A stretch of DNA of 64,000 nucleotides from Oscillospiraceae bacterium (GTDB lineage: Bacteria > Bacillota > Clostridia > Oscillospirales > Ruminococcaceae), in assembly GCA_029266315.1 (NCBI GenBank), contig JAQSXA010000010.1, positions 37,398 to 101,397 on the forward strand, read 5' to 3'. Below, in pieces: positions 1-9,292 of the stretch. Within the stretch, counting starts at the first letter, position 1. Each line of letters starts with the position of its first letter. The translations under genes were made by a program, and so were the position numbers. The notes beneath the pieces were generated by a model. The model saw nothing but the letters and a program-made list of their open reading frames with translations, searched no databases and was not told the origin of the DNA.

Positions 1-1016
1 TCGCGCCCGCCTGCAAACGGCAGGGTTGACGCTGCGTTAACGGGCCGGACACTGACCTCACCAGAGCGCAAGGCTATCCGCTCCCCATTCTGCATTCTGA
101 CAATCAGCGCGCCGTCATCGTCGATTTCTTCGGCGATGGCGGCATATTTTTCGCCTGCACGCGAATAGACGATCTCCTGACCAAGCAACATCGAACGGCT
201 ACGATATTCGCTTAAAAATGCGCGGGTAGACAGACTGTCCCACAGCGTAAACATCTCGTTGACAATCTCTGCAACAAGACGGTTACGAGAAACGGTTGGC
301 TGCTCAGTCCCGAAAAGCGTGCCCGCTACCGCCGCAACCTCCTCGGGTAACGCAGTTTCAGATTGTTTAAAGTTGATACCCATCCCGACGACAACGCTTT
401 CAATCGCACCACTTTCAAGGTCGGTGACCGCCTCAGTGAGAATTCCGCATAATTTTTTACCGTCTAAATAAATATCGTTGACCCACTTAATCTGAGGACG
501 CACCGGCGTCAATGCTTCTATAGCGCGGCACACCGCCACCGCTGCTGCCGTGGTTATCAGTGTTGCATCTGAAAGCTGCTGCGGCGTGGGCTTTAACAAT
601 ATGCTCACATAGATACCGCAACCCGGCGGTGAAAAAAAGCTGCGTCCGAATCGCCCACGTCCCATTGTCTGCTGATCCGCGACAATCGTTGTAAAGTGCC
701 CGCCGCCCAACATAGCGCGACGTTTAGCTTCAAGATTGGTGGAATCTATAGTCTCAAAAACAGAGATATCTTTATCGACTAACTGTTGCAGAACATGGGG
801 GCGAATACCCTCGGCTGACAGCAGATCGGACTGCTCGCCCAACCGATAACCACGGTTAGTTGTTGCCGATATTGGATAACCTTGCGCTTTTAGGCTGTTT
901 ATTGCCTTCCACACTGCCGCGCGGGAAACGCCTAGTTCCTGCGCCATTTGTTCCCCCGAAATATCCTGTGCGCGGTGCGTTTCCAGCATGGCCAGCACCG
1001 CTGTTTTTACCGACAT
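1..1016 (-). CDS. birA: Bifunctional biotin-protein ligase / biotin operon repressor BirA (start inside window, 3' end runs off the window edge)
   Basis: Absent from the ORF track because no stop occurs before position 1. My reverse translation from ATG 1016 gives MSVKTAVLAMLETHRAQDISGEQMAQELGVSRAAVWKAINSLKAQGY (winged HTH), then QQTMGRGRFGRSFFSPPGCGIYVSILL (GRGRxGR ligase motif). GGGGAGG lies 7 nt upstream. Confidence 0.85.
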   Translation of the reverse strand, partial: MSVKTAVLAMLETHRAQDISGEQMAQELGVSRAAVWKAINSLKAQGYPISATTNRGYRLGEQSDLLSAEGIRPHVLQQLVDKDISVFETIDSTNLEAKRRAMLGGGHFTTIVADQQTMGRGRFGRSFFSPPGCGIYVSILLKPTPQQLSDATLITTAAAVAVCRAIEALTPVRPQIKWVNDIYLDGKKLCGILTEAVTDLESGAIESVVVGMGINFKQSETALPEEVAAVAGTLFGTEQPTVSRNRLVAEIVNEMFTLWDSLSTRAFLSEYRSRSMLLGQEIVYSRAGEKYAAIAEEIDDDGALIVRMQNGERIALRSGEVSVRPVNAASTLPFAGGR

Positions 1017-1047
1017 ATCAAAGCCTCCCCTTGTCTTGATACCGTTG

Positions 1048-1076
1048 ATTATACCTATTTCGGCTCATCCCGTCAA
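1048..1076 (-). promoter_or_regulatory. SigA-type promoter for birA (TTGACG-17-TATAAT)
   Basis: Reverse strand reads TTGACG ggatgagccgaaatagg TATAAT. The -10 ends about 30 nt upstream of the birA ATG. Confidence 0.6.
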
Positions 1077-1099
1077 CCAATCCAACGCAGACGGTTGAC
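1072..1099. promoter_or_regulatory. BirA-box-like inverted repeat GTCAACC-N14-GGTTGAC overlapping the birA -35
   Basis: Perfect 7-bp arms (1072-1078 and 1093-1099) separated by 14 nt. The architecture resembles reported Gram-positive BirA operators (TGTxAACC-N14/15-GGTTxACA). Confidence 0.5.
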
Positions 1100-1137
1100 A
1101 TCGAGTGGAGCAGGCTTTAGCAGCTGAGATCATGCAC

Positions 1138-1166
1138 TTGCCGATTTGGCGATTTTATGCCATAAT
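1138..1166 (+). promoter_or_regulatory. Putative promoter TTGCCG-17-CATAAT for the GNAT gene
   Basis: Hexamers at 1138-1143 and 1161-1166 with a 17-nt spacer, about 37 nt upstream of ATG 1203. Confidence 0.4.
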
Positions 1167-1202
1167 AGCGCTATAAATGCGTTATAGAAAGCAGGTAAAG
1201 CT

Positions 1203-1697
1203 ATGGAGTTCAGAAAAGCCGAGCCTATAGAGGCTGCCCAAGTGTTCAGCATTTACCGTGCAGCAATCGGCCATATGCAGGCGTCCGGCATTGACCAGTG
1301 GGATGATACCTATCCCACACAGGCGGTCATTGAGCAGGATATCGTCAACGGTGAAATGACCATCGGCCTGATAGACGGTATCATCGTCTGTGCCTTTGTA
1401 CTCAACAAAGAACAGTGGGAGGGCTATGAGGATGGCGATTGGCAATACTCCAACCTTCCTTTCTCGGTGCTGCACCGGTTGTGTGTCAATCCCACTTATC
1501 AGGGCAAGGGGATTGCCAAGCAGGCCTTGCAATATATTGAAGCGCTTCTGAAAAGCAAGGGAGTTGGTGTCCTTCGGCTTGATTCGTTCCCACAAAATTT
1601 AAACGCCGTAAAGCTTTATGAAAAGCAAAACTACATAAAGGTGGGCGAAACCGCCTTTAGAAAAGGTACTTTTTATCTATACGAGAAAAAACTGTGA
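1203..1697 (+). CDS. GNAT family N-acetyltransferase
   Basis: 164-aa ORF. The acetyl-CoA binding motif A-like segment is LCVNPTYQGKGIAKQALQYIE (Q/RxxGxG/A). The size is typical of single-domain GNATs. Confidence 0.8.
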   Translation: MEFRKAEPIEAAQVFSIYRAAIGHMQASGIDQWDDTYPTQAVIEQDIVNGEMTIGLIDGIIVCAFVLNKEQWEGYEDGDWQYSNLPFSVLHRLCVNPTYQGKGIAKQALQYIEALLKSKGVGVLRLDSFPQNLNAVKLYEKQNYIKVGETAFRKGTFYLYEKKL

Positions 1698-1723
1698 CAT
1701 GGTATGCGGCTACTTCGCCGCAT

Positions 1724-1758
1724 AAAAACGGCGCGAGGCAATGCCTCGCGCCGTTTTT
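1724..1758. terminator. Bidirectional intrinsic terminator between convergent genes
   Basis: Perfect 12-bp stem acggcgcgaggc / gcctcgcgccgt with a 3-nt loop. It is flanked by an A-run (1724-1728) and a T-run (1754-1758). Confidence 0.85.
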
Positions 1759-1766
1759 ATATAACA

Positions 1767-3584
1767 TCACGAATAGGGATTGCGGGTTCCAATATAGTTG
1801 GCGGGGTTCATATACTTACCGTTAACTCGCACCTCGAAGTGGCAGTGCGGGCCGCTTGCACGTCCGGTACGGCCGACAGCGGCAATTAGCTGTCCCTGCT
1901 CAACCCAGTCACCAGCCTTAACGTACAGCTTGGAATTGTGTCCATAAAGCGTTTCGATACCACCGCCATGACTGATAATAATATGGTAACCGTAACCGGT
2001 GGAATTATAAACCGCCTTAGTCACCGTTCCAGACGCAGCAGCATAAACTGCAGTTCCGGTGTTTGCTGCAATGTCCATACCAGTATGGCCCCAATAGCCA
2101 TAGAAGCCACAGCTGACATATCCGCCGGCAACAGGCCAGATAATGTTGGAACTGGTGCTATGCCCCGAAGCAGGCAGCTGAGCAAGGGGTTTTTTGCCAC
2201 CCACCACGACTTTTTCATTGATCGGTTCTTTAACCGTGCGGGTATCAAGAACGGTGCGATCCACCTCAAGACCGTCGATATAGGTGACCTCACTCGTCAC
2301 AAGCGAAGTACCCTTTTGCCCCTTTTGGGTCACCTTAACATAGCCCTGGTACTTGCTGGTATCCTGAATCTGTTCAATCTTAAAGTTAACTTCTTCTTCA
2401 ACTGTTTCTTTACGAACGACCTTAACCTCGAGCACCGGAACCGACTTTTTTACCAGCACTTCCTGCCCGACCAGCAGCGATTTTTCAATATCTGGGTTGA
2501 GCAGCTTAAGCTGAGAATAAGGAATGCCGTTTTTCTCTGCGATAATGATAGGTGCATCGCCCTGAACAGTAGTGTAAATTCGCTGAGCCTCTTCCTCACG
2601 GTTGACCTCATTTTTCATCATACCAATATCTACCACCGAAGTTACCGGATAAAGACCGTCACGTGCCTCGACTTCCTTGACAAACTCCACCACTTCGTTG
2701 GCATCCTCGTCATCCGAGCGATATTTGTTCTTGATAGATTCAAGCAGCGCCAGCATTTGACGTCGCTCAGTAACCGCCCCTAAAAAGCGATTATCAACAT
2801 ATAAGCCTGTCGCCTGAGCCAGCTCGTTGCCTGACGCCTTAATTAGCTCGTCGGTCAATCGGTCTTCAGAAAGTAAAGACTCCTCGCGTACAGCGGCAAT
2901 GGTAAATTCCGGTATACTATCCTCAGGTTTGATGTAATCCTCAAACACGATACGGCCCAGCATCTGCTTTTCGGCATTTTCAAACACCGCTTCGTCTGCA
3001 ATATAGCCGATTTCCTCGCCGTTGTAAAAAACGCGCAAAGCAAATGTCATGTTGAGTGCGCCGTTAATCACAACAAGGAATACGGCAGTAGCCAAAACTG
3101 GCGCAACATAATTAATTGAACTGAATAGCCGCGCAACGGCCCGTGTTACAAAGGCCGCCACCACCATGGCCCAATAGCCGATCAATGCGCCCAAGCCTCG
3201 TTTTCGGGCAGAGGCGCTGCCACGCTTTAACGTTTGCAGCAGGTCGACAGCCATATCAAACGACAGGTTGTTTCGCGCCGAAAAAATGCGCATGCTACAA
3301 TAAAGCCTGTGACCTATGGCACGCATCAAAATTCCAAGCATGTCTCTGACGTTTCGTAAGCCACGCTTAAAGAAACGGTATTTTCGAATATGCAGCAGTC
3401 CGATAAAGCATAAAACACGCAAAACTTTTTGCAGCATCTCTTGCGCAAGCGCCTGCAGCTTATTTGAAGATGATGCTTGCGCAGGCTTTGCTTCAGCAGA
3501 ATGATCTTCTTCAGCAATTCTGCGTTTTTTGTCGCTCAAAGCACCCTCTCCTTTCCAAATTGTATAAAGTTTAGGAAACGGCAT
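1767..3584 (-). CDS. M23 family metallopeptidase with N-terminal membrane region, LysM and G5 domains
   Basis: HTGMDIAA (HxxxD) and GPHCHFEV (HxH) zinc motifs at the C-terminus. A LysM-like segment reads YTTVQGDAPIIIAEKNGIPYSQLKLLNPD. A G5-like segment reads KVTQKGQKGTSLVTSEVTYIDGLEV. The true start may be TTG 3539, which follows GGAGAGGG. Confidence 0.85.
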   Translation of the reverse strand: MPFPKLYTIWKGEGALSDKKRRIAEEDHSAEAKPAQASSSNKLQALAQEMLQKVLRVLCFIGLLHIRKYRFFKRGLRNVRDMLGILMRAIGHRLYCSMRIFSARNNLSFDMAVDLLQTLKRGSASARKRGLGALIGYWAMVVAAFVTRAVARLFSSINYVAPVLATAVFLVVINGALNMTFALRVFYNGEEIGYIADEAVFENAEKQMLGRIVFEDYIKPEDSIPEFTIAAVREESLLSEDRLTDELIKASGNELAQATGLYVDNRFLGAVTERRQMLALLESIKNKYRSDDEDANEVVEFVKEVEARDGLYPVTSVVDIGMMKNEVNREEEAQRIYTTVQGDAPIIIAEKNGIPYSQLKLLNPDIEKSLLVGQEVLVKKSVPVLEVKVVRKETVEEEVNFKIEQIQDTSKYQGYVKVTQKGQKGTSLVTSEVTYIDGLEVDRTVLDTRTVKEPINEKVVVGGKKPLAQLPASGHSTSSNIIWPVAGGYVSCGFYGYWGHTGMDIAANTGTAVYAAASGTVTKAVYNSTGYGYHIIISHGGGIETLYGHNSKLYVKAGDWVEQGQLIAAVGRTGRASGPHCHFEVRVNGKYMNPANYIGTRNPYS

Positions 3585-3589
3585 AGTCT

Positions 3590-3618
3590 AATATACTTGT
3601 TTCTGGCGTAAAAATCAA
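3590..3618 (-). promoter_or_regulatory. Putative promoter TTGATT-17-TATATT proximal to the M23 peptidase gene
   Basis: Reverse strand reads TTGATT tttacgccagaaacaag TATATT. The -10 lies only 6 nt from ATG 3584, which favours the downstream TTG 3539 start. Confidence 0.45.
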
Positions 3619-3687
3619 GACACTTGGGATGGTAACCATTTCCACATAAAACGTTTGACCTTTGTCCTCATCTCTTTAACGTGAGTT

Positions 3688-3716
3688 ATTATAGCAACTT
3701 TCTGACAAAATCTCAA
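3688..3716 (-). promoter_or_regulatory. Putative distal promoter TTGAGA-17-TATAAT
   Basis: Reverse strand reads TTGAGA ttttgtcagaaagttgc TATAAT, inside the 556-bp AT-rich non-coding gap. Confidence 0.45.
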
Positions 3717-4140
3717 TACAAAACCCGCATGTGAAAACAAAATTTACATATTATCATATTTTAGTCACATAGCTTCGTCATTTTTTCCAATCTAAAGTGT
3801 TCCACTTTAAAATTTAAGTGCCATTTTCCCCCTATTTGCTGAACGAAGAGCTACTCAAAGACATAATTTAATATTATTTTATTCATAAATATACTAGAAG
3901 TTTTTAAGTCGAAGGCCTGTTTTAAAATAAAACCCTTTACTAAATAATATATTAAGATGCCGGAAAATCTGCTTCTTCTGTAGGAAAAGTTGTTTAGGTT
4001 GCCTGTTCCCTCCCTTAAAAATCAGCGTGGTAAACCGGCTTACCCAAAAGTGAAACCGACGCCCAAGCTAAACAACCGGCTCCGCCCCTGCCCAACAGTA
4101 TCCGACAGTTTAAGTTTAGTTTTAGCTCACGCCCATTTTT

Positions 4141-5748
4141 TTAGCTGTTTTTGCCGAGTTGATAGAGCTCGTCGGCAATTTCTTTAAAAACCGGACAAGC
4201 AATATCCGAGCCGGAATCTCCTGCTTCGACCAATACTACAATGGTGTACTGCGGCTGCTCGGCAGGATAAAAGCCCGAAAACCATGCATGGACAATCTCT
4301 TCTCCGTCTTTGAACTGGCCCGTTTGTGCCGAGGCGGTTTTTCCGCCTGCACCGCCGTGCTCGGGCTGCGCGTTTTTGCCGCTGCCTTCTTTTACAACGT
4401 TTATCATCATGCCTTTAACCTGCTGTGCGGCACGATCACGAAAAACGCTGCGGGGCGAATAGCTTGCGGTGGCGGTGGCAACCCCCTTGCCGTCTGTGGT
4501 GGTGCCTATCACCAGCCTTGGGGTAACCGCCCCACCACCATTTGCAATGGCCGACACCAATGTGGCAATCTGTATGGGCGTAGCAGTTAGCACACCTTGG
4601 CCAAATCCGAAATTGGCCACCGCTGCCGGTGCACTAAGCTCCTGCAAAGTTGGCAGGCTTCCCGCAGCGGTAAAATAACCTGGGGCTGCCTCAAATCTGC
4701 TTCCGAACCCCAACTGCTGCGCTTTATAGGCCAGCGCTGGGCCACCTACTTCCAGCGCAAGGGAAATGAAATAGGGATTGCAAGAATGGTTTAGTGCCCC
4801 GCGCATATCAAGTGTGCCATGGCCATTCAGGTTGTGGCAGCGAAAAACCTGGTCCAATACCTCAATCTTCCCGTTGCAGCTGTAGGTTCTCCCCGCAGTT
4901 ATGCCTGATTCAAGCGCGGTAGCGGCTGTGAGCAGTTTAAAGGTGGACCCCACGCTGTAAGCAGCGAATGCGCGGTTAAAGAACGGCGTTCGTTTGTCAG
5001 CTAAGGCGTCAGCAGGGTTATTAGGGTTATAGGCAGGTGCACTGGCCGAAGCAAGAATATCGCCGGTATAGGGATCCATAATGACAATAGCGCCACACTC
5101 GATACCTTTAATGACCTTTTCAGCAATCTCCTGAATGTCACGGTCAAGTGTCAGAACCAGCCCCGCTCCGCTCAGATAACCGCTGTCCATAATCTCGGGC
5201 GGGGATGTTTCAATCCCTCTTTGTAAGGCGTCGGTAGCATAGCGCATCTGCACCACTCCACCAGCCGAAGTCAGCAATGAGTCGTAAGCACGCTCTAATC
5301 CTGAGGCCCCCTGACCCGTAGCGGGGTCGATCTGACCGATGATGTGCACCGCAGGCTGCTCGTCAAGGTAGCGCTGCGGTACCGGAAAGACCTCAAGCCC
5401 CTTTGCATAAAGCGAAGTAGAATCCACCTCCCACAAAAAGGGGCGCATCTTAGTTAGATGCTGTTGCAGCTCGACGCGCTTTGCAATCGGGGTAGCACGC
5501 ATCAGCACACTCGCCGCCTGCTCATTCGGGAGTACTGCAGCAATGTTTTTGGTCTTGATGCCGGTGAGTGGACGCAGTTTACGATCGTAAATCATACCGC
5601 GTGTTTCAGCTACCTTAAGCACTGTCGCCGACTGTTGATGGGCTGCCTCTATAAGTGGTTCAGTTACCGCCAGCAGAGAAATTCGGGCAATAAGCAGGCC
5701 AAATAGCAGAATGATTAGTGAGAACACCGCCAGAAAACGCTTATACAT
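4141..5748 (-). CDS. Class B penicillin-binding protein (PBP2/FtsI/SpoVD-type transpeptidase)
   Basis: SxxK (GSTFK), SxN (HSCN) and KTG-like (GKTA) motifs. The N-terminal anchor is MYKRFLAVFSLIILLFGLLIA. I place the start at ATG 5748 (GGAGG upstream) rather than the track's 5892. Confidence 0.85.
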   Translation of the reverse strand: MYKRFLAVFSLIILLFGLLIARISLLAVTEPLIEAAHQQSATVLKVAETRGMIYDRKLRPLTGIKTKNIAAVLPNEQAASVLMRATPIAKRVELQQHLTKMRPFLWEVDSTSLYAKGLEVFPVPQRYLDEQPAVHIIGQIDPATGQGASGLERAYDSLLTSAGGVVQMRYATDALQRGIETSPPEIMDSGYLSGAGLVLTLDRDIQEIAEKVIKGIECGAIVIMDPYTGDILASASAPAYNPNNPADALADKRTPFFNRAFAAYSVGSTFKLLTAATALESGITAGRTYSCNGKIEVLDQVFRCHNLNGHGTLDMRGALNHSCNPYFISLALEVGGPALAYKAQQLGFGSRFEAAPGYFTAAGSLPTLQELSAPAAVANFGFGQGVLTATPIQIATLVSAIANGGGAVTPRLVIGTTTDGKGVATATASYSPRSVFRDRAAQQVKGMMINVVKEGSGKNAQPEHGGAGGKTASAQTGQFKDGEEIVHAWFSGFYPAEQPQYTIVVLVEAGDSGSDIACPVFKEIADELYQLGKNS

Positions 5749-5871
5749 AAGGAATGTGCCTCCAAAACTGTTTGTCACTATTGTGGGCGTTTCACGCCAA
5801 TTTAATACTGATGTATCTTGGCAGCTATGTATACGAGTTTGAGGTCGGAAAAGGGGCTGCACTTTTATAGC

Positions 5872-5919
5872 TAATATAAAAAGATGATGCAAAGAGCTTT
5901 ACGCTATCTGCACCATCTT
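5872..5919 (-). terminator. Intrinsic terminator downstream of the clpE-like gene
   Basis: Reverse strand has an 11-bp stem aagatggtgca / tgcatcatctt (one G-U pair) with a 17-nt loop, followed by TTTTATATT. Confidence 0.6.
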
Positions 5920-5927
5920 TTCTAGTA

Positions 5928-8228
5928 TTACGCCGTTACCAGCGTTAGCTTTTCATCTTTGGCAGTAACACTGATCAACGTCGGCACAGCAGCACCGGCA
6001 TCTACAATCAACCGCGTCAGCGGGTCTTCGACCTCTCGGCGGATTACCCGGCGGATATCTCTTGCACCCGCCTTCTGTCCGAATGCGCGCTGTGCAATGA
6101 GCTCAAGTGCTGATTCATCATAGCCAAACGTGATGCCACGTCGTTTAAGCGGCGCCTTGATTTCGTCGAGCATTAGAGCGGCGATACGTCTGAAATCCTC
6201 AACACGCAGGTTTTTAAATACTACAATCTCATCAATTCGTGCGAGAAACTCGGGGCGCAAGAAATCCGAAAGAGCTTTCATTGCCCGATCGCGCGAGACC
6301 TCGTTGGGTGTTTTATCAAACCCAACCGCACCGCCTTTGATATTGGAACCTGCGTTAGATGTCATGACAATAACAGTATTTTCAAATGATACCCGTCTTC
6401 CCTGCGCATCTGTGATACGGCCCTCGTCGAGAATCTGCAGTAGGATATTGAGCACATCGGGATGCGCTTTTTCAATCTCGTCGAACAGCACAACAGAGTA
6501 AGGCTTTCTGCGTACCTTTTCCGTCAGCTGTCCCGCTTCGTCATAGCCGACGTAACCAGGCGGGGAACCGACAATACGAGAAACCGAGTGCTTCTCCATA
6601 TATTCACTCATGTCGATGCGGATAAGCGGCTCGGTCGTGTCAAACAACGCCTGCGCAAGCCGTTTGACCAGCTCAGTTTTGCCTACACCAGTCGGGCCGA
6701 CAAAGATAAACGAAGCCGGACGACGCCGGTCAGAAAGCTGAATGCGGGTGCGACGTACTGCCGCAGCCACCAGTTCAACCGCCTCATCCTGCCCAATAAC
6801 ATATTTCTTAAGAGCGTCAGTAAGCTGCGAAACCTTCGCCAGCTCGCTTTCTTTAATCTTAGCCGCGGGAATACCGGTCCACAGCTCAATAACGCGAGCA
6901 AGATCATCCACCGTCACAGCACGGTCAAGTGCCACCGGTTCCAATGCTTTGATAGCGGCCTCCAGCCGAAGAAGCTCGCTACGAATCTGTGCGAGGTTGG
7001 CGAAATCAATTTCCTGCGCCTGGGTCAGCTGCGCTTCTTTCTGGCGCAGAGCTTCATAATCCCGGTTTTTCTGCTCATATTCTGCCAGTTCCAGATTATC
7101 TAGCGTACAGCAGGAACAGGCTTCATCCAACAAGTCAATCGCCTTATCGGGCAAGAAGCGGTCGGTGATATAACGTTCGCTCATCTCCACCGCCTGCCGG
7201 ATAACCTCATTCGACACCTTGACGCGGTGAAAAACTTCATAATAGCTCTTAATGCCAGACAGCACCTCCACCGTTTCTTCAATGGAAGGCTCGTTAACCG
7301 TTACCGGCTGAAAGCGACGCTCCAGAGCGGCATCCTTTTCAATATGCTTGCGGTATTCGTTAAAAGTGGTCGCACCAATCACTTGAATCTCTCCACGAGA
7401 GAGTGCGGGCTTTAGAATGTTAGCAGCGTTCATTGAACCTTCGGCATCACCCGCGCCAATGAGGTTGTGTACCTCGTCGATAAACAATATCACATTGCCC
7501 TCGGCTTTGATATCCTCAACCAGCCCTTTGACGCGGCTTTCAAACTGACCGCGAAATTGCGTTCCGGCGACAAGCGCGGTGAGGTCAAGCAGATAAAGCT
7601 GTTTATCCATCAGGCGGGGCGGCACGTTACCCTCGGCCAAACGCTGCGCAATGCCCTCTGCTATGGCGGTTTTACCCACACCCGGCTCGCCGATAAGACA
7701 GGGGTTGTTTTTCTGGCGGCGGTTTAATATTTGCATGACGCGGTAAATTTCTTTGTCGCGCCCCACAATGCGGTCGAGCTTGCCATCTCTGGCCTTTTGG
7801 GTCAGATCATCACAGTACTGATCCAAAAATTTTCTACTCTTTGTCTTCTCACGCTTGGGACGTTCCCGTTCACGAGCGCTTTTCGTTGGAGGGGCCGATT
7901 CAACCAACTCGGTCGGCTCGTTCTCCTCAGCCACGGCCTCTCCGCCGGTTAACGAAGTCATAAAATTCTGTAAAAAGCTAGGCATTGGCATCGCGCCGCC
8001 TGGTTCAAAATCGCCCTCAGATCCAAAGAGTTCACTCATATGGTCGGAAATATTTTCTATGTCATCCTCGGACATGCCCAGCTTATCGATCATTTCCTGT
8101 ACTTGCGGAATATGAAGCTCGCGGGCACACTGAATACAATAGCCCTCGTTAACAGGCTGCCCATTTTCAATTTTGCTGACAAATATCATAGCCATTCGCT
8201 GCTTGCAGCGGCTGCACAGCATATTCAT
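5928..8228 (-). CDS. clpE: ClpE-type Hsp100/Clp ATPase (two AAA+ modules, N-terminal zinc ribbon, no Clp_N repeats)
   Basis: The N-terminus has CSRC-N22-CIQC. Walker A motifs are [13 protein letters not shown] (D1) and [15 protein letters not shown] (D2). A ClpP-docking loop is GGAVGFDK. The short middle domain is like ClpC/ClpE rather than ClpB. Confidence 0.8.
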   Translation of the reverse strand: MNMLCSRCKQRMAMIFVSKIENGQPVNEGYCIQCARELHIPQVQEMIDKLGMSEDDIENISDHMSELFGSEGDFEPGGAMPMPSFLQNFMTSLTGGEAVAEENEPTELVESAPPTKSARERERPKREKTKSRKFLDQYCDDLTQKARDGKLDRIVGRDKEIYRVMQILNRRQKNNPCLIGEPGVGKTAIAEGIAQRLAEGNVPPRLMDKQLYLLDLTALVAGTQFRGQFESRVKGLVEDIKAEGNVILFIDEVHNLIGAGDAEGSMNAANILKPALSRGEIQVIGATTFNEYRKHIEKDAALERRFQPVTVNEPSIEETVEVLSGIKSYYEVFHRVKVSNEVIRQAVEMSERYITDRFLPDKAIDLLDEACSCCTLDNLELAEYEQKNRDYEALRQKEAQLTQAQEIDFANLAQIRSELLRLEAAIKALEPVALDRAVTVDDLARVIELWTGIPAAKIKESELAKVSQLTDALKKYVIGQDEAVELVAAAVRRTRIQLSDRRRPASFIFVGPTGVGKTELVKRLAQALFDTTEPLIRIDMSEYMEKHSVSRIVGSPPGYVGYDEAGQLTEKVRRKPYSVVLFDEIEKAHPDVLNILLQILDEGRITDAQGRRVSFENTVIVMTSNAGSNIKGGAVGFDKTPNEVSRDRAMKALSDFLRPEFLARIDEIVVFKNLRVEDFRRIAALMLDEIKAPLKRRGITFGYDESALELIAQRAFGQKAGARDIRRVIRREVEDPLTRLIVDAGAAVPTLISVTAKDEKLTLVTA

Positions 8229-8337
8229 TGGATATCACCCCGGTTTTGTGGAATTTTATATGTGTCAAAAGAATGATTTTTATTTTAGCAGTCAGTTGTG
8301 AACTGGGGATGAAGCGGGCTTTTACGTTTTTCTTATT

Positions 8338-9063
8338 TTATATAAGTTTTATAGTTGAGTTCACCCATGGTCCAGCCGTATAAAAACGTTTAAAAATAAT
8401 AGTTTGCTCAATCATTTCCGCCGAAACCGGCCCAAATTTACCACCTGAGGCCGAAATTAAAAACCATAGTACAGCCGAGATGACGAACACATACAGCATA
8501 CCCTGTATTGCGCCTAATACCCCTCCGAGAAGCTCGTTGAACATACCAATGAGCGGTAAATGATTGACAGTTTTTAAAAGGCCCGCAATGGTGTTGACGA
8601 GCATCATCAAAAGACTAAACATGATAAAAAATACCACAACCCGCAGTAGGCCGATTGCAAGCGGTGCAATAATGGTATTGGTTATAGCAGCAGTTACTGT
8701 TGCAGCATCGCTGTTAGCCAGCTGCTGATACCATTGTCCAACATAGATTCCCAGCTCCGACTGAAGCGCTGATGAAAGAATTGCAGGCATCTCGCCAGCC
8801 AAATCCTCAATACTTTTAGCAAAATTCGCTGCATCAGCCGCGGTAAACGAACCAAGATGCTGCGCCACCATTGCGGAAATCTTTTCGTAAAAAAACTTCT
8901 GATATATAAGTTCCGCCACTGGTTGGCTGTAGGTGAGGGAAACAAACATAGCTCCCAGTGACCCTAACAGCACGACTATGGTGTTCAAAAAGCCTTTTCT
9001 GTAAGAGGAAATAGCAAAAACGCCAATAATCCCCACAGTCAGCGCATCCAAAATCCACGACAT
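8338..9063 (-). CDS. cvpA: CvpA family membrane protein
   Basis: 241-aa polytopic membrane ORF. The N-terminus MSWILDALTVGIIGVFAISSYRKGF is typical of CvpA (colicin V production protein) family members. Confidence 0.6.
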   Translation of the reverse strand: MSWILDALTVGIIGVFAISSYRKGFLNTIVVLLGSLGAMFVSLTYSQPVAELIYQKFFYEKISAMVAQHLGSFTAADAANFAKSIEDLAGEMPAILSSALQSELGIYVGQWYQQLANSDAATVTAAITNTIIAPLAIGLLRVVVFFIMFSLLMMLVNTIAGLLKTVNHLPLIGMFNELLGGVLGAIQGMLYVFVISAVLWFLISASGGKFGPVSAEMIEQTIIFKRFYTAGPWVNSTIKLI

Positions 9064-9292
9064 CCGAATTTCTTCCTTTCTGTCCGGTCAGCTTCGCCTA
9101 CAATATGGCCGCAGCATACCAAAACAGCTGCGTTACTTTAAATAAACCGCAAGTGCAATCAACAGGCTGTTCCAAAAAAATTCTGCATCGTTGATACCAT
9201 ATTCAAGATTGTTATTACGCGCGTCACGACTTTCATAGCGGAGCTAACGGTGTGTATGTCAAACCATCCATTATGATGCAGACGCCTTAATC

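Noticed and set aside
1938-2783. 281-aa plus-strand ORF inside the M23 peptidase gene
   Set aside because: It is antisense to a gene with clear catalytic motifs. The translation is low-complexity with no recognisable domain and no RBS. It is a shadow ORF.
3805-3823. TGGCAC on the minus strand, resembling a sigma-54 -24 element
   Set aside because: The -12 position reads TTTTA rather than TTGC. The conserved GC dinucleotide is missing, and no enhancer-binding-protein gene is nearby.
5749-5892. N-terminal 48-codon extension of the PBP ORF in the track
   Set aside because: The extension has no signal or anchor character. ATG 5748 has a GGAGG RBS and begins the expected membrane anchor.
6130-7103. 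Plus-strand ORFs of 123, 213 and 105 aa within the clpE-like gene
   Set aside because: They are antisense shadows of a strongly supported AAA+ gene. They are Arg/Ser-rich, as expected from reverse-frame translation.
8229-8337. Search for a CtsR operator upstream of the clpE-like gene
   Set aside because: Only a single GTCAAAA occurs. There is no tandem heptad repeat of the (A/G)GTCAAA type.
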